IMG/VR virus record: IMGVR_UViG_3300043425_001539
Coordinates: 1 to 64,000 of that record
Direction: 5' to 3' (one strand)
Length of the DNA: 64,000 nucleotides
Part shown: in pieces, positions 1 through 10,600 of the stretch
How positions within the stretch are numbered: the stretch's first letter is position 1
How the letters are laid out: each line of letters starts with the position of its first letter
Program-made: the position numbers and the translations under genes
Notes under the pieces: model-generated
What the model was told of the DNA's origin: nothing
The model's database searches: none
The model's input: the letters and a program-made list of their open reading frames with translations, nothing else

Positions 1-360
1 CTGATGTACCGTCTACACCCGAAGTTCCACTTGTGCCTGATGTGCCATCTATACCACTTGTGCCTGATGTGCCATCTATACCACTTGTGCCTGATGTGCC
101 ATCTATACCACTTGTGCCTGATGTGCCATCTATACCACTTGTGCCGTCTGTACCACTTGTACCTGAAGTGCCTGATGTACCATCTATACCTGAAGTTCCA
201 CTTGTGCCGTCTATACCTGAAGTTCCACTTGTGCCGTCTGTACCACTTGTACCTGAAGTGCCTGATGTACCATCTATACCTGAAGTTCCACTTGTGCCGT
301 CTGTACCACTTGTACCTGAAGTGCCGCTTGAACCTGATGAACTACTTGATCCACCGCTTC
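1..360. repeat. Coding tandem repeat with 9/18/27-nt units encoding G-x-x triplets (GTS, GID, GTD)
   Basis: Unit tgtgcctgatgtgccatctataccact is repeated directly, with variants. Confidence 0.9.
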
Positions 361-1687
361 CAGTATTACCACCTGATATAGGAATCATATCACCGTTTAA
401 AACCGACGCGGTTAACGATGTACTATAATGGTTTCTAACTACCTGATAAATCTTATGTGAAAAACGATCTATAATTATTTGGTCAGATACATAAGAAGCG
501 TCTGATAAATAATAAGAAACGCTTTGTCGTAATGTTTCTAAAATGTCTGAAACATTTTGAGACATTATTCCAAATGTTTTCCATATTTGACTTACACTAA
601 AAGGTCTTAAATTATTTGCAGCACTTGAGCCAGTATAATTTGCTGGAACAAAAACAGCCGCTAATACTAATTCATTAGAAGGAATTGCAATTTGATTATA
701 AATTGCTTCATCAGCCGCATCACCTATACCAAATATATTATTACCACCTACAGTTGAACTATTAGAAAGGGTTATAGTGTTTCCTGATACGTTTGTAACT
801 TTAGTACCAAAATCAAATCCATATCCATATATTAAATCGCCTGAGTTAACAACACCTCCACCTATTCTTGTTAAAACGTTTGATCCTGTTGAACTAGTTG
901 CATATAAACCAACATTTAAACCCAATGAATTTACAGAAATGGCAAATGATACATCAGTTGCTGATGATGCAAAAGTTGTATTGATTTGTATACCTGAAGC
1001 AGAAACAGACATTACGGTTGCCTGTGATGCAATACCGTTTCCTACTATAATATCACCAGGATTTATTCCGTACACTGATCCTGTTCCTCCTGCAAAAGTT
1101 ATAATATTTGAACCTCCTGTAACGTTTCCTATAAATGAAATAGGGCGCCCTGGAGGAGCTTCATTTCCTTGATGATAATTTATTTGTGCTGCATATTCTG
1201 TTGCATTAGAAGGCATTCCAGTAACTCCAGTGGCTGGCACAGGGTAATTTCCTGATATTGTAATAATATCAATCCTTCCATTTATTAAACTAGTGTTGGG
1301 AGCAATTTGAATATCTCCACTTGCAGATGATTGAGTGTGCCAATAAGTTCTTCCGTCAATTCTTGCTGCACCTGAATCAACAGATATCCATAAAGATCCA
1401 CCCGAAATGCCTGTACTCGGCTCTTTAACAGCAAGTCCTGAAAGAATGGAATTATTGGAATTTAATTCAATTATTTCTGAGCCATCTTGTGTGAATAATT
1501 TACCTTTACTTAGGTCAATTATTTCTTCTCCTTTATAAATTGTCTTTTCGTCAAAAGACAGCGGATCATCAATATGATTCAATCCGGGTTCAATGCTACG
1601 TGGTCTGTACCATGTAGCTGTGTCAGAAAGAAAATATTTACTTATTCTTCTAACGAATGATGTTATCAAATTAGTTTGCGTAGCCAC
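1..1687 (-). CDS. Virion fibre-like protein with Gly-Thr-Ser collagen-like repeats; runs off the left window edge; absent from the ORF track
   Basis: GTG at 1687 opens [22 protein letters not shown]...; the same frame reads (GIDGTSGTS)n at 1-360. Frame spot-checked by hand, not at every codon. Confidence 0.75.
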   Translation of the reverse strand, partial: MATQTNLITSFVRRISKYFLSDTATWYRPRSIEPGLNHIDDPLSFDEKTIYKGEEIIDLSKGKLFTQDGSEIIELNSNNSILSGLAVKEPSTGISGGSLWISVDSGAARIDGRTYWHTQSSASGDIQIAPNTSLINGRIDIITISGNYPVPATGVTGMPSNATEYAAQINYHQGNEAPPGRPISFIGNVTGGSNIITFAGGTGSVYGINPGDIIVGNGIASQATVMSVSASGIQINTTFASSATDVSFAISVNSLGLNVGLYATSSTGSNVLTRIGGGVVNSGDLIYGYGFDFGTKVTNVSGNTITLSNSSTVGGNNIFGIGDAADEAIYNQIAIPSNELVLAAVFVPANYTGSSAANNLRPFSVSQIWKTFGIMSQNVSDILETLRQSVSYYLSDASYVSDQIIIDRFSHKIYQVVRNHYSTSLTASVLNGDMIPISGGNTGSGGSSSSSGSSGTSGTSGTDGTSGTSGIDGTSGTSGTSGTDGTSGTSGIDGTSGTSGIDGTSGTSGTSGTDGTSGIDGTSGTSGIDGTSGTSGIDGTSGTSGIDGTSGTSGTSGVDGTS

Positions 1688-1807
1688 CTAAGATATTTTC
1701 ATTTTTTTTAATTTCATCACAAAGCTTATATTTTTAAAAATATTAAAAAAGCATGTTTGCGTATGTTTAATGCGCTTTAAAAAAACGCAAATTGAACGAT
1801 AACAATG

Positions 1808-1894
1808 TTACCGTTCAATTATTAAACCTCTAATTATTAATTTGGCTTTTTTTCTATTCTTTAAATTAATTAATCTAACTTTACAATTACACAT
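1808..1894 (-). CDS. Possible 28-aa basic peptide MCNCKVRLINLKNRKKAKLIIRGLIIER
   Basis: ATG lies about 16 nt downstream of the late-promoter motif at 1911-1924; the stop codon lies inside a hairpin. Confidence 0.35.
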   Translation of the reverse strand: MCNCKVRLINLKNRKKAKLIIRGLIIER

Positions 1895-1910
1895 GTCTTT
1901 GTCTCTTGAT

Positions 1911-1924
1911 TTTATTTATATATC
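1911..1924 (-). promoter_or_regulatory. Late-type promoter GATATATAAATAAA
   Basis: Motif recurs upstream of virion genes and contains the T4 late consensus TATAAATA. Confidence 0.65.
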
Positions 1925-1948
1925 AATAAGATAAAGACAAAAAATTCT

Positions 1949-2257
1949 TTAAACAGTTTTAAATGTGGAAATTATACCGTGTACTTCAGTATTTTCAGGT
2001 GAGCCTTTTACTTCAATAACTTCTGAAACTCCTACCCAATATACGGCGCCTTCAACTAATGCATTTCCGCTAAAAGTCACAACTGATCCTCCTGATGTTT
2101 TAACTTTTAAAACTGATATGTTAGGATCCCATTTAAAAATATGCAAACCTATAATAGGGCGGCGTCCATCAGGCTTATGAACATACGATTTTTTTTCAGA
2201 AAAATACGTAGCTGTTATCGGAAAATAATTTGTTGCGAAAAAAGACATATTAAACAC
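1949..2257 (-). CDS. Hypothetical protein (ATG at 2248 is an alternative start)
   Basis: ORF in the operon on the coding strand. Confidence 0.6.
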   Translation of the reverse strand: MFNMSFFATNYFPITATYFSEKKSYVHKPDGRRPIIGLHIFKWDPNISVLKVKTSGGSVVTFSGNALVEGAVYWVGVSEVIEVKGSPENTEVHGIISTFKTV

Positions 2258-3356
2258 CTATTAATATCCGCATAGGAATATCAAATGAATGCGGATTTTT
2301 TAAATATACGGATTCTATAAATAAGTTATCTGTTTCAGTCACATCTTGCCCGCCTGATATAAGCATCATTTCTCCGCCAGTAATCCACTTAACAGAACTA
2401 GGACTCCAAACGTGATTAAGAATACCTTCGGTATTATTGCCTATATTAGTGTCAGTTGTAATTTGATAACCTTGAATTGATTGAATTAATGCTCTTTTAA
2501 AAGTATCCGTTGATATGTTAACTAAATCATTAGTATAAAAATGATAACCTATATGATCTTTGCTATTTCCATTCCAAGTATATAAATTATCATTACCATT
2601 TATCGAAATAGGAGAAACTTTTTGAAATTTCTCATATTCAGAAATTGATGTGTATTGAAAATATTTGACATTTGAAAGAATAATTCCTGATGAATCGGCG
2701 CAACCACATGAATCAGTATTTACTTTGTTAAATTCAGGTATTATTAGTATAATCTTTACTGCACCGTCAATATACTTGCGATACTTTTGAATTAAATTAC
2801 CAGGGTGTATATACGGAAAAGGTTCTGACCCACCAAATCCATCAATGTCAAAATAAAAAATGTGCCGATATTTAACACCTTTTTGAATAGCAGAAACAAC
2901 AAAACTTCCAACGGAAATATTTTGTGTATCAAAATTAACTAACGAATAGAGAGCGGAGTTTTGACCTACAGCGGAAGAAAGAGAGGAAGAAAAATTACCG
3001 TTTACTGTAAATTCGGTTGAACTTATTAAGTTTAATGAATCATCATATAATTCATATTTGTGTTTAGTTCCATTCCCGATTATATTAGGGGTATTAGTTA
3101 GATCAACAGAAAATTGATATTGCTCAGACAGTTCACCATATTCGGCAATCCCGCTAATATCAATTTTCTGCGTTGATCCTGCTCTAAGTATTAGTCGTTT
3201 GTCGTCATACCTATTCACAGGAATACATATTCCTTTTGTTGGAATAGCAATTTCTGTTTGTGCACCTTTTACAATTCCGTAGGACATCGGATCAATCAGT
3301 CTAAAACAACGTATTGAATAATCAGGTGGACATTTTATTTTGGGTACAACAGACAT
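2250..3356 (-). CDS. Hypothetical, probably virion protein
   Basis: 368 aa, beta-rich composition; late-like ATATATA motif just upstream. Confidence 0.6.
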   Translation of the reverse strand: MSVVPKIKCPPDYSIRCFRLIDPMSYGIVKGAQTEIAIPTKGICIPVNRYDDKRLILRAGSTQKIDISGIAEYGELSEQYQFSVDLTNTPNIIGNGTKHKYELYDDSLNLISSTEFTVNGNFSSSLSSAVGQNSALYSLVNFDTQNISVGSFVVSAIQKGVKYRHIFYFDIDGFGGSEPFPYIHPGNLIQKYRKYIDGAVKIILIIPEFNKVNTDSCGCADSSGIILSNVKYFQYTSISEYEKFQKVSPISINGNDNLYTWNGNSKDHIGYHFYTNDLVNISTDTFKRALIQSIQGYQITTDTNIGNNTEGILNHVWSPSSVKWITGGEMMLISGGQDVTETDNLFIESVYLKNPHSFDIPMRILIGV

Positions 3357-3372
3357 TTTTATATATGTAATT

Positions 3373-4332
3373 TTATTCTAAAACTCCGGGCATAATTTGC
3401 GGGTGCATTCTTGCCTTATTTTTAGATTCATTGCTTTGCAAATCAATATTATTTATCTCTTCTTTTATAAGAGACTCTTGAGTTGCGGGTGCATTTTGCT
3501 GGGCGGGCTCCTCAAAAGTGTTAACATTGCTGTTATTATCAGGTTCTTGATTAAAAGATTCCTCAGCAATTTTAATTTCATTTTTAAGTTTTGAATCGCC
3601 AGCATCTTCAATAATTTCAGATACTTGAGATTTTTCAGAATCGTTGGATTGAGTTAAAGGTTTAGAAATTTCAGTTATAGAATCAGTTACGTCGCTCCAA
3701 GTAGGTTTAACAGGCTCTTCAATTATTTCAGCATTTTCAGTAGGTTTAAGACTGTCTTTAGATTTATCTTTATTTTTTAACTTTCTATTAGCGGGTTTAC
3801 CTCGCTTAGCTTTCTTAGTTTTTTTTGGACTTACTTCAGGAGAATTATCAGATATTGGTTCAGATGTTGTTAATTCGGTAATCTTTGTCTCTTCATCTTT
3901 ATCCGGACGAATATAATCAACCAATGATTTAATAAAACCTAAAGCAACTACCGGCAAAATACCTCCACTAATGATTGATAAAATTCTTTTTTGATAAATT
4001 GTCTCTTCTTCAATTAGTCCAAAAAGCTCTACCCAACTTTGATAATTTTCCAAATGAGTAAATGCATAAAACGTATTACCCATCATCTGCATCATAGTTA
4101 AAATAATAAATAAAAACCAAACAAGGGTCTTATTCATTTTATCCATTGCTATGATAGAGGCTAAAGATGCGGTTGCTCCTATTTCAAAAGCAACGGCAAG
4201 AGAAATTGCAAGCCATTCAGGATTGGATAATTTAAAAAAGTCAATTACGTGAATAGTTGAAATTATACTTACTACTAAATAAAGCGATATGAAAGTCGTA
4301 ACAATAAAGCCTTTTAGAAGTTTTTGTCTCAT
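3373..4332 (-). CDS. Membrane protein with about 4 N-terminal TM helices and a disordered charged C-terminus
   Basis: Hydrophobic segments in aa 8-140. Confidence 0.7.
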   Translation of the reverse strand: MRQKLLKGFIVTTFISLYLVVSIISTIHVIDFFKLSNPEWLAISLAVAFEIGATASLASIIAMDKMNKTLVWFLFIILTMMQMMGNTFYAFTHLENYQSWVELFGLIEEETIYQKRILSIISGGILPVVALGFIKSLVDYIRPDKDEETKITELTTSEPISDNSPEVSPKKTKKAKRGKPANRKLKNKDKSKDSLKPTENAEIIEEPVKPTWSDVTDSITEISKPLTQSNDSEKSQVSEIIEDAGDSKLKNEIKIAEESFNQEPDNNSNVNTFEEPAQQNAPATQESLIKEEINNIDLQSNESKNKARMHPQIMPGVLE

Positions 4333-4622
4333 TTATTCTCAAGTATTTTAATTTCTTTGTCAATTTCAGATTGACGGTCGACGTCTAACAAACGTCTGTC
4401 GGTTGATTGAATCATACGTTTTTCTGATCGTAATCCTTCGATTTGAAGATCTTTTTGCGTTGCTACTACAGTACTTAGTGAATCAATTTTTTCTGTTAAA
4501 ACAATAAGTTTTTTATTTACTGTCTTATTTGGATTCCCGCAAGTATTAATAAAAATAACTAATAGGAATCCCAAAAAAATCAATTTAAAATTTTTGTCTA
4601 AAAATTCATTAAACTTGTTCAT
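4329..4622 (-). CDS. Small membrane-anchored coiled-coil protein
   Basis: N-terminal TM segment LIFLGFLLVIFINTC; ATGA overlap with the next gene. Confidence 0.65.
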   Translation of the reverse strand: MNKFNEFLDKNFKLIFLGFLLVIFINTCGNPNKTVNKKLIVLTEKIDSLSTVVATQKDLQIEGLRSEKRMIQSTDRRLLDVDRQSEIDKEIKILENK

Positions 4623-4625
4623 ATT

Positions 4626-5195
4626 TTATTGATTATTTTTAATTTCTTCAGATAGTTCTTGTTCAATTTCTTTTAGAAATTCATCCTCTCCTTCAAATGA
4701 AATACGATTCATAATAGCATCTTGAAGAGTTCCTAAGTCTCTTTCCATTTGATTAACTTCAGTCCATTCAGTTTTGTATGCAGTAAGTGCCTCATTAATT
4801 GGGCGCAATAAATTATTAATAAAAGATTCCGCTTTTTCTAAACCTTTTCCTTCTTCTTTGGTTAAAAAATAATAAAGTGCTTCAATAGTTACTGGGCCTA
4901 ATTCCAATTCATGATCAGATGTTGCAGATGTCAACTTAAAAATCTCTTCGTTTAAAACTCGGCAACCTTCAATAATACCAAGAGCTTCATTAAACTTCCA
5001 TTGTGCTTCATTCTTCAAAAAATTATGAAGAGCACGCGCGGTATCTAATCCTCCGCTGATGACATACTTTTTTTCCATCAACTCTCCGCGTTTTTTATTT
5101 AATTTGTTTTCTAAAAATTCTGCAAGTTTCTTACGATGCTCTTGCTTTTCATTGTTGGTTGATAATACAACCTTCATTTTTGTTTCTTTTCTCAT
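4626..5195 (-). CDS. Hypothetical helical protein
   Basis: 189-aa ORF; late-type motif at 5211-5222. Confidence 0.65.
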   Translation of the reverse strand: MRKETKMKVVLSTNNEKQEHRKKLAEFLENKLNKKRGELMEKKYVISGGLDTARALHNFLKNEAQWKFNEALGIIEGCRVLNEEIFKLTSATSDHELELGPVTIEALYYFLTKEEGKGLEKAESFINNLLRPINEALTAYKTEWTEVNQMERDLGTLQDAIMNRISFEGEDEFLKEIEQELSEEIKNNQ

Positions 5196-5226
5196 GTTTT
5201 TAAAATTATAAATTTATATATTTAAG

Positions 5227-5646
5227 TTAAAAAAATTTAAAAAATAAATAAGAGATAATAGCACTGCTTGCTATGAATCCTATTATAATCCAAGTTGTTA
5301 ATATTCTGAAAATTGGATAATAAACTAATAAATACGAATCAGTAATTTTTGTAGGATCTTCAGCATCAGGTATTTGCTCCACTGAAACCGTCACAAATTC
5401 GCTTAGACCTATTTTATCCATATACTTATGGATAGGCAACATTTTGTTTTGCGCTTTAATGCGCAACACTTCAGGTGAATCTCCTTTATCTTCGGGTGAT
5501 GGATTAATTACAGTATAAACTCTGCATATCCAATCTACTCTTAAACCATGTTTATTAAAATCCACGGTATTTTTATGTTTTTTAATTATGTTTCTAGCAA
5601 TTAGAAAACCTTTAATGTCATACCAAATAAGTTTTAATCTTAACAT
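5227..5646 (-). CDS. Hypothetical protein with a C-terminal TM helix
   Basis: Overlaps the stop of the sigma gene; hydrophobic C-terminus. Confidence 0.6.
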   Translation of the reverse strand: MLRLKLIWYDIKGFLIARNIIKKHKNTVDFNKHGLRVDWICRVYTVINPSPEDKGDSPEVLRIKAQNKMLPIHKYMDKIGLSEFVTVSVEQIPDAEDPTKITDSYLLVYYPIFRILTTWIIIGFIASSAIISYLFFKFF

Positions 5647-6251
5647 GTTTCTTGATATCTTTTTACTAAATCAGAATTTTTTTGAATTAAATTTTGCCGA
5701 ACCAATTCACGGGCTTTGCGAATACGAGTCCTAACGGTGTTATGTTTCCAGCCAAGCTCTTCGGCTATATCTTCGTACTTTTTCTTTTGAACTTCTCTTA
5801 ATGTTAATACGATTTTATAAATATCTGGAAGTTCTTCAATAGCACTAAGTGCTTCACTGTACAATAAATCAATTGGATTTTCTTCTTGTTCGTAAACATC
5901 TTCGTGGTGTGGAGATTTCTTTTCCATATTAATTCCTTGCTCCTCCATACCTTCGTAGGAATAAATCCGTTTACGGCCACGGTGAAATAAAAGAGCTTCA
6001 TTTCGAGCAATTCGGTAAACCCATGTACTGAAGTTCCAATAAGGATCGTATTGTTCGATTTTACTCCATACCTTTGCAAAGGTTGTAGCAATTACCTCAT
6101 TGCGGTCATCTTGATTTGGTACCAATTCTCTAAGGTAATATGAGATGCTAGGCTTAAGTCTTGCATACACTCGAGAAAAATCCATTTCGGTGCGAGTATT
6201 AAAGAAAGACATACCCATTTCTTGTAATGATAATTCTTTTTCCTTTTTCAT
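5640..6251 (-). CDS. RNA polymerase sigma-70 factor, ECF subfamily
   Basis: Region 2 (TFAKVWSKIEQYDP..FSTWVYRIARNEAL) and region 4 (AIEELPDIYKIVLTLRE..KYEDIAEELG..NTVRTRIRKAR). Confidence 0.9.
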   Translation of the reverse strand: MKKEKELSLQEMGMSFFNTRTEMDFSRVYARLKPSISYYLRELVPNQDDRNEVIATTFAKVWSKIEQYDPYWNFSTWVYRIARNEALLFHRGRKRIYSYEGMEEQGINMEKKSPHHEDVYEQEENPIDLLYSEALSAIEELPDIYKIVLTLREVQKKKYEDIAEELGWKHNTVRTRIRKARELVRQNLIQKNSDLVKRYQETC

Positions 6252-6277
6252 ATAATCAGTTGTTTAATTAATTACAA

Positions 6278-6337
6278 TACAAATATACAACTAATTATTG
6301 AAATAAAAAAATTTTTTTCACAAAAGTTATTAACAAT
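6278..6337 (-). promoter_or_regulatory. Early (host-sigma) promoter, Bacteroidota TAnnTTTG type, upstream of the ECF sigma gene
   Basis: TATATTTG at 6280-6287 (minus); the 60-bp block is 52/60 identical to 22988-23047. Confidence 0.75.
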
Positions 6338-6793
6338 TTAAAAATTTTTTTCGAGGTTATTAATATTACATCCGATAATTCCAGCATGACTAAAAATTTC
6401 GGATAGGTGGGAAACTTCTCTGTATTCGTTAAGCCAATAGATGTGTTTAAAACCAGCATTAACCAAAACTTTTGCACACATTTTACATGGAGAATGTGAA
6501 ATTATAATTATGTAATTTTCAGGATCAGTTTCTCGGAATTTTGCAACCAAATTAATTTCAGCATGAATCATTCCGCTTTTTCCAGGCTCAAGGCTATCTT
6601 CCTCTGTTCCAGTTGCAGGATTAATTGGAGCATTTGAATAACTTCCATTATATCCAAATGCTCCAATTTTAGAAAAATCTTTTTTTAGTGCAATGGCTCC
6701 TACTTTAAGGGAAGAAGAAACAGATAAATTTGCTATCTGATTAACTATTTCCTTAAATGATTCAATTTTCTGTAGAAACCTCTTGTCCTTCAT
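6338..6793 (-). CDS. dCMP deaminase
   Basis: HAE..SPCKMC zinc motif; KVGA and GYNG motifs. Confidence 0.9.
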   Translation of the reverse strand: MKDKRFLQKIESFKEIVNQIANLSVSSSLKVGAIALKKDFSKIGAFGYNGSYSNAPINPATGTEEDSLEPGKSGMIHAEINLVAKFRETDPENYIIIISHSPCKMCAKVLVNAGFKHIYWLNEYREVSHLSEIFSHAGIIGCNINNLEKNF

Positions 6794-7019
6794 TAACTTC
6801 TATTACATTTTGTTTAATTGTTGCAAAGAATTCGGCTACTTCTGCGTAAGGAAATTCTGATAATAGAGCAATAAAAGAATTTAATTCATCTTCAGTATAA
6901 ATAAATCCTTCGCGATTAATTAAATTCATATACGGAAAAATTGTGCCGTATTTTAATTTTTGTAACAATTCCGTTATTCTTTCTTTAAATTCTGGAGTGA
7001 CTTGAAAAGTTTTTTGCAT
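6762..7019 (-). CDS. Hypothetical protein
   Basis: 85-aa ORF directly behind a middle-type promoter. Confidence 0.65.
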   Translation of the reverse strand: MQKTFQVTPEFKERITELLQKLKYGTIFPYMNLINREGFIYTEDELNSFIALLSEFPYAEVAEFFATIKQNVIEVNEGQEVSTEN

Positions 7020-7036
7020 TGTTTAAATTTTTAATA

Positions 7037-7064
7037 TTATATTACAAAATGATGAATAGTTCTT
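7037..7064 (-). promoter_or_regulatory. Middle-type (ECF-like) promoter GAACT-N14-AATATAA
   Basis: Motif recurs upstream of replication and nucleotide genes. Confidence 0.65.
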
Positions 7065-7071
7065 GAAATTA

Positions 7072-7266
7072 TCAGTCTTCTAAATCCTTGTTTGTACTAC
7101 GAATAAACGGTGTAAAAAATACTTTTTGATCCTGAAATGCTTTATGAAACATTTCAAAACCTTTATCACCTTCAGCAGGCTGTGCCACATATTTAGGCGG
7201 TTCGTAGTTGCTGGTTAACCCTTCTTCAAAGTCAACAAATTTTTGTGTTTTTTTATTCTTGGTCAT
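7072..7266 (-). CDS. Hypothetical protein
   Basis: 64-aa ORF overlapping the end of the upstream gene. Confidence 0.5.
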   Translation of the reverse strand: MTKNKKTQKFVDFEEGLTSNYEPPKYVAQPAEGDKGFEMFHKAFQDQKVFFTPFIRSTNKDLED

Positions 7267-7573
7267 GGCTTATTCCTTCTATATTTTTCTTTTTGGCAAT
7301 ATCTTTAGCTTCTGATAAATCTTGTTTCTTTTTAACAAGTTCAGCTTTTTCAATATCTAATTTTTTTAGTTTAATATCTAATTCCAAAATTTGAGCATCA
7401 TAAGATTTTTTTTCTCTAACCGCCTTTTTTCTTAATTCTATTAAATCTTCAAGCTCAGCAATTAATTGCGCCGTCGACGGTTCTTTTTCTAATTTTGTTT
7501 CCGCCTTTTCTTTATTTTCAGTAATTTCATATTTGGTTTTTTCCCAATCGGTGAATTTAACAAAATTGCTCAT
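7253..7573 (-). CDS. Hypothetical coiled-coil protein
   Basis: K/E-rich; late-type motif at 7591-7603. Confidence 0.6.
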   Translation of the reverse strand: MSNFVKFTDWEKTKYEITENKEKAETKLEKEPSTAQLIAELEDLIELRKKAVREKKSYDAQILELDIKLKKLDIEKAELVKKKQDLSEAKDIAKKKNIEGISHDQE

Positions 7574-7607
7574 TGCAAATATTTTTTTTATAGTTTATAT
7601 ATTATAA

Positions 7608-10600
7608 TTAGGTTTTGTCAATATTCCCAGATACAAATATATTTCCGTTAACCTGTATTTTAGGAGTAGAAATTATTCCCCCTTCAGATGATAAACCTTC
7701 TGATGTTGTTTCTCCTCCGCCAACAAATGAATCTAACAAATTATTAAGTTTATCAAATACGCTACTTGAAGAACCGTCAGCTCCACTTTCTTTAATCATT
7801 TTTGCCTTTTCTATTTCTACTTGAAGTTTTTGCTGCTCATATACTATTAATGCATTAAGCGCTTCTTTTAATTTTCCTACGTCAACCTTAGATATTTTTT
7901 CCGTTACATCCCCATATATTTTAAAGGATGCCGCATCTTTTTCGGTAAAGTTTTTCCAATTTTTTGTAAAAGTTCCAACATCTTTAGAAAAAGTTCCAAA
8001 CGCCTTTACGAATTTTTCAAATGGGGATACAACTGTTGTCAATCTTTCAATAACTTTAGTTAAATTTTCAAATTTTAGAATGTCCGCAGGATTTAGTTTT
8101 TCTAATCCAGGTTGTACAGCGTTTAGTGAATTGCCTAAATCAGTAAATAACGGTGTTAATGAATACTGTTTTTTAAATAAACCTCCGCCGTCATTAGAAG
8201 AGATAAGAGATTGCATTTCAATATAACTTTTGATAACCATCATCATGCTATTTGAAGCAGGAACCAACATTGATGCAACATTTGCCGCGTTATCCAATTC
8301 GGTTTTTCTTTCGGTTATCATTTTTCCTATATTAGCTATTTCAAAAATTCCATTCCCAACATTTTTAATACCTGATATACTTTCGTTAATAATATCTTTT
8401 TGCGCTATGTAAAAATTTCCAAATGATGTTAAAACATTAGGTAAAGTTGTTAATAAATTGCTAATTGATTCTATTGCTTTAGGAACCGCCTGCGCAAAAG
8501 AAATAGTTTCTACAGGAACAAGCTTACCGTTTCTTAATTCATTAATAGTTGCTTTTCCAGCGGCTAATTCCGTTATCATTTTGGCAAGTTTGGAAATTGG
8601 ATCAGTAATTTCTGAAATTCCTTCGATGCCTTTTTCAATATTACCTTTACTAAACCATCCTCCACCTTCAGCCCAACTTTTTCCAAACATTTCAAGAGGT
8701 TGTGTTAATGCTGTTAACAAAGCATTAACATTATTTCCTGCATTAACAAAATCAGCTGGCCCTAATTTAACAACATCATAAGGTACAAGTTGATTATTTT
8801 TAACTTTATACATAACCACATTTAGATTGGCCATGTCTGATACTCCTTTTGCTAAAGATCCTATAATATCGCCTACTTTAGCCGAAGCGTCAATACCTTT
8901 TTCTAAATAACCACTTTTAAATAGTCCTGAACCTTCCGCTGCAGATTTGCCAAAATCTGTTAAAGGAGCCACAAGTGCTTCTAATACTGATTTAACACCT
9001 TCGCCCGCTTTTACAAAATCAGGTGAAGATAATTTAACAATGTCATAAGGTACAAGTTGATTATTCTTAACCTTGTATTTTATGACACTTAAGTTAGCCA
9101 TCTCGGATACACCTTTTGCTATTGAACCAATTATGTTGCCAACTTTAGCTGATGCATCAATTCCTTTTTCTAAATATCCATTTTTAAATAATCCTGAACC
9201 TTCCGCAGCTGCTTGTCCAAAATCAGTTAGTGGCTGAATCAGCGCATTTAATATAGAAGCTACATTTGGCCCTACTGCTTTAATTTCTTCAGGTGTTAAT
9301 TTAACTTGTCCTTTTGCAACTAATTTTTTTTGCGAATCATCCCATTCCATTTGTGTGAATGTTAACGAAGCCATACTTTTAATTCCCATTGCGATTGATG
9401 ACAATGAAAAACCTAACATTCCAATTATAGGAATTGCCGCAACTAATTTAAGCATTCCTTGTATACCTACTCCATCTAAAGCGTTTGAAAATGCTTGTAC
9501 GGTACTTTGAACGGCATTTTTAAGTAAGACGCCATCCGTTTCTGTCCAACCTATTGTTTTAAATATCGCAAGCGATCCTGTTAATGGAATTAATGCAACT
9601 GTAGCTGGAATTAATGCTGCTGCACCTAATGCAATAAGAGGTGACATTAAACCCAATAAAGAAAGCGATTTTCCTAATTCAAGTATAGTATAAGCAAGAT
9701 TATCTGCTTGTTCTTTAGTAAAATTAGTTTTAAATAAAATAAATAAAGCTCCTGCAAAGATTACTAAGCTTCCTGCTAAAAGTGTTAAAATTCCTGCTCC
9801 TATTGCTGTAACAGGCGCAACTAATCCTAAAGCATATGCAGCTAATCCTAATACTACAATAGATGCTCCGATTACAGCTATTTTTAATGCAAGGTCCATG
9901 GGATCACCAGGAATTAAGGATAATATTAATAATGCAGCAGAAAAACCTATTAAAGGCAAAATTAAAGCGGCTAATGTAGCGCTTCCTTTGGTAATATCTC
10001 CTTTGGAATTAAGTTTTCCTATTAAATATAAAGCCCCACCGACCGCAAGTATAGATAAAGAAACCGTAATTGCCCCTAATGCAATTTTAGGAGCGAAGCT
10101 TCCTATAAATAACATGGTCAACGAAAATAAAACTGTTGTTAAACTTATCGATCTGATTGCTTTTGCACCGATCATAACTTCAGGTGTTGCCGTTTTAGCC
10201 AATACTTTTAATATAGCATTAATTGATAATATAAAAACCATAACTCCTAATGCATATAGAGGAGCGGTTATTCCAATTAATACCATTGCTAATGAAAAAG
10301 AATTAATATTGGATAAAACATATGATAATAAAGCAAGACCTAACATTGTTTTAACACTAACACTGGCAGCATTTGAAAGTATTTTTAGTAATGCTGTTAC
10401 TCCCAATGCAAATACCAATACGCCTAATGCAAATAAAGGTGCAACTAATCCTACTAATGTCATTGTTAATACAAATTTAGCCACATTTTTTGCTAAATAG
10501 TTTATTAAAACAACACCAAGAAATACTTTAGGTGACACCGCAACAGCATTAGATAATATTTTTAACATTGTGATGACTCCTAATGAAAATACCAATATTC

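Noticed and set aside
1-360. Repeat array as a CRISPR
   Set aside because: No unique spacers; unit lengths are multiples of 9 nt and in frame with a gene.
4-1172. Plus-strand ORFs 4-381, 33-428 and 777-1172 (Cys/His-rich and Pro/Val-rich)
   Set aside because: Antisense shadows of the minus-strand Gly-Thr-Ser repeat gene.
1688-1717. In-frame ATG..TAG just before the GTG start, suggesting TAG recoding (code 15)
   Set aside because: Genes over 1000 codons are intact under code 11, and TAG ends 30086-31711 sensibly.
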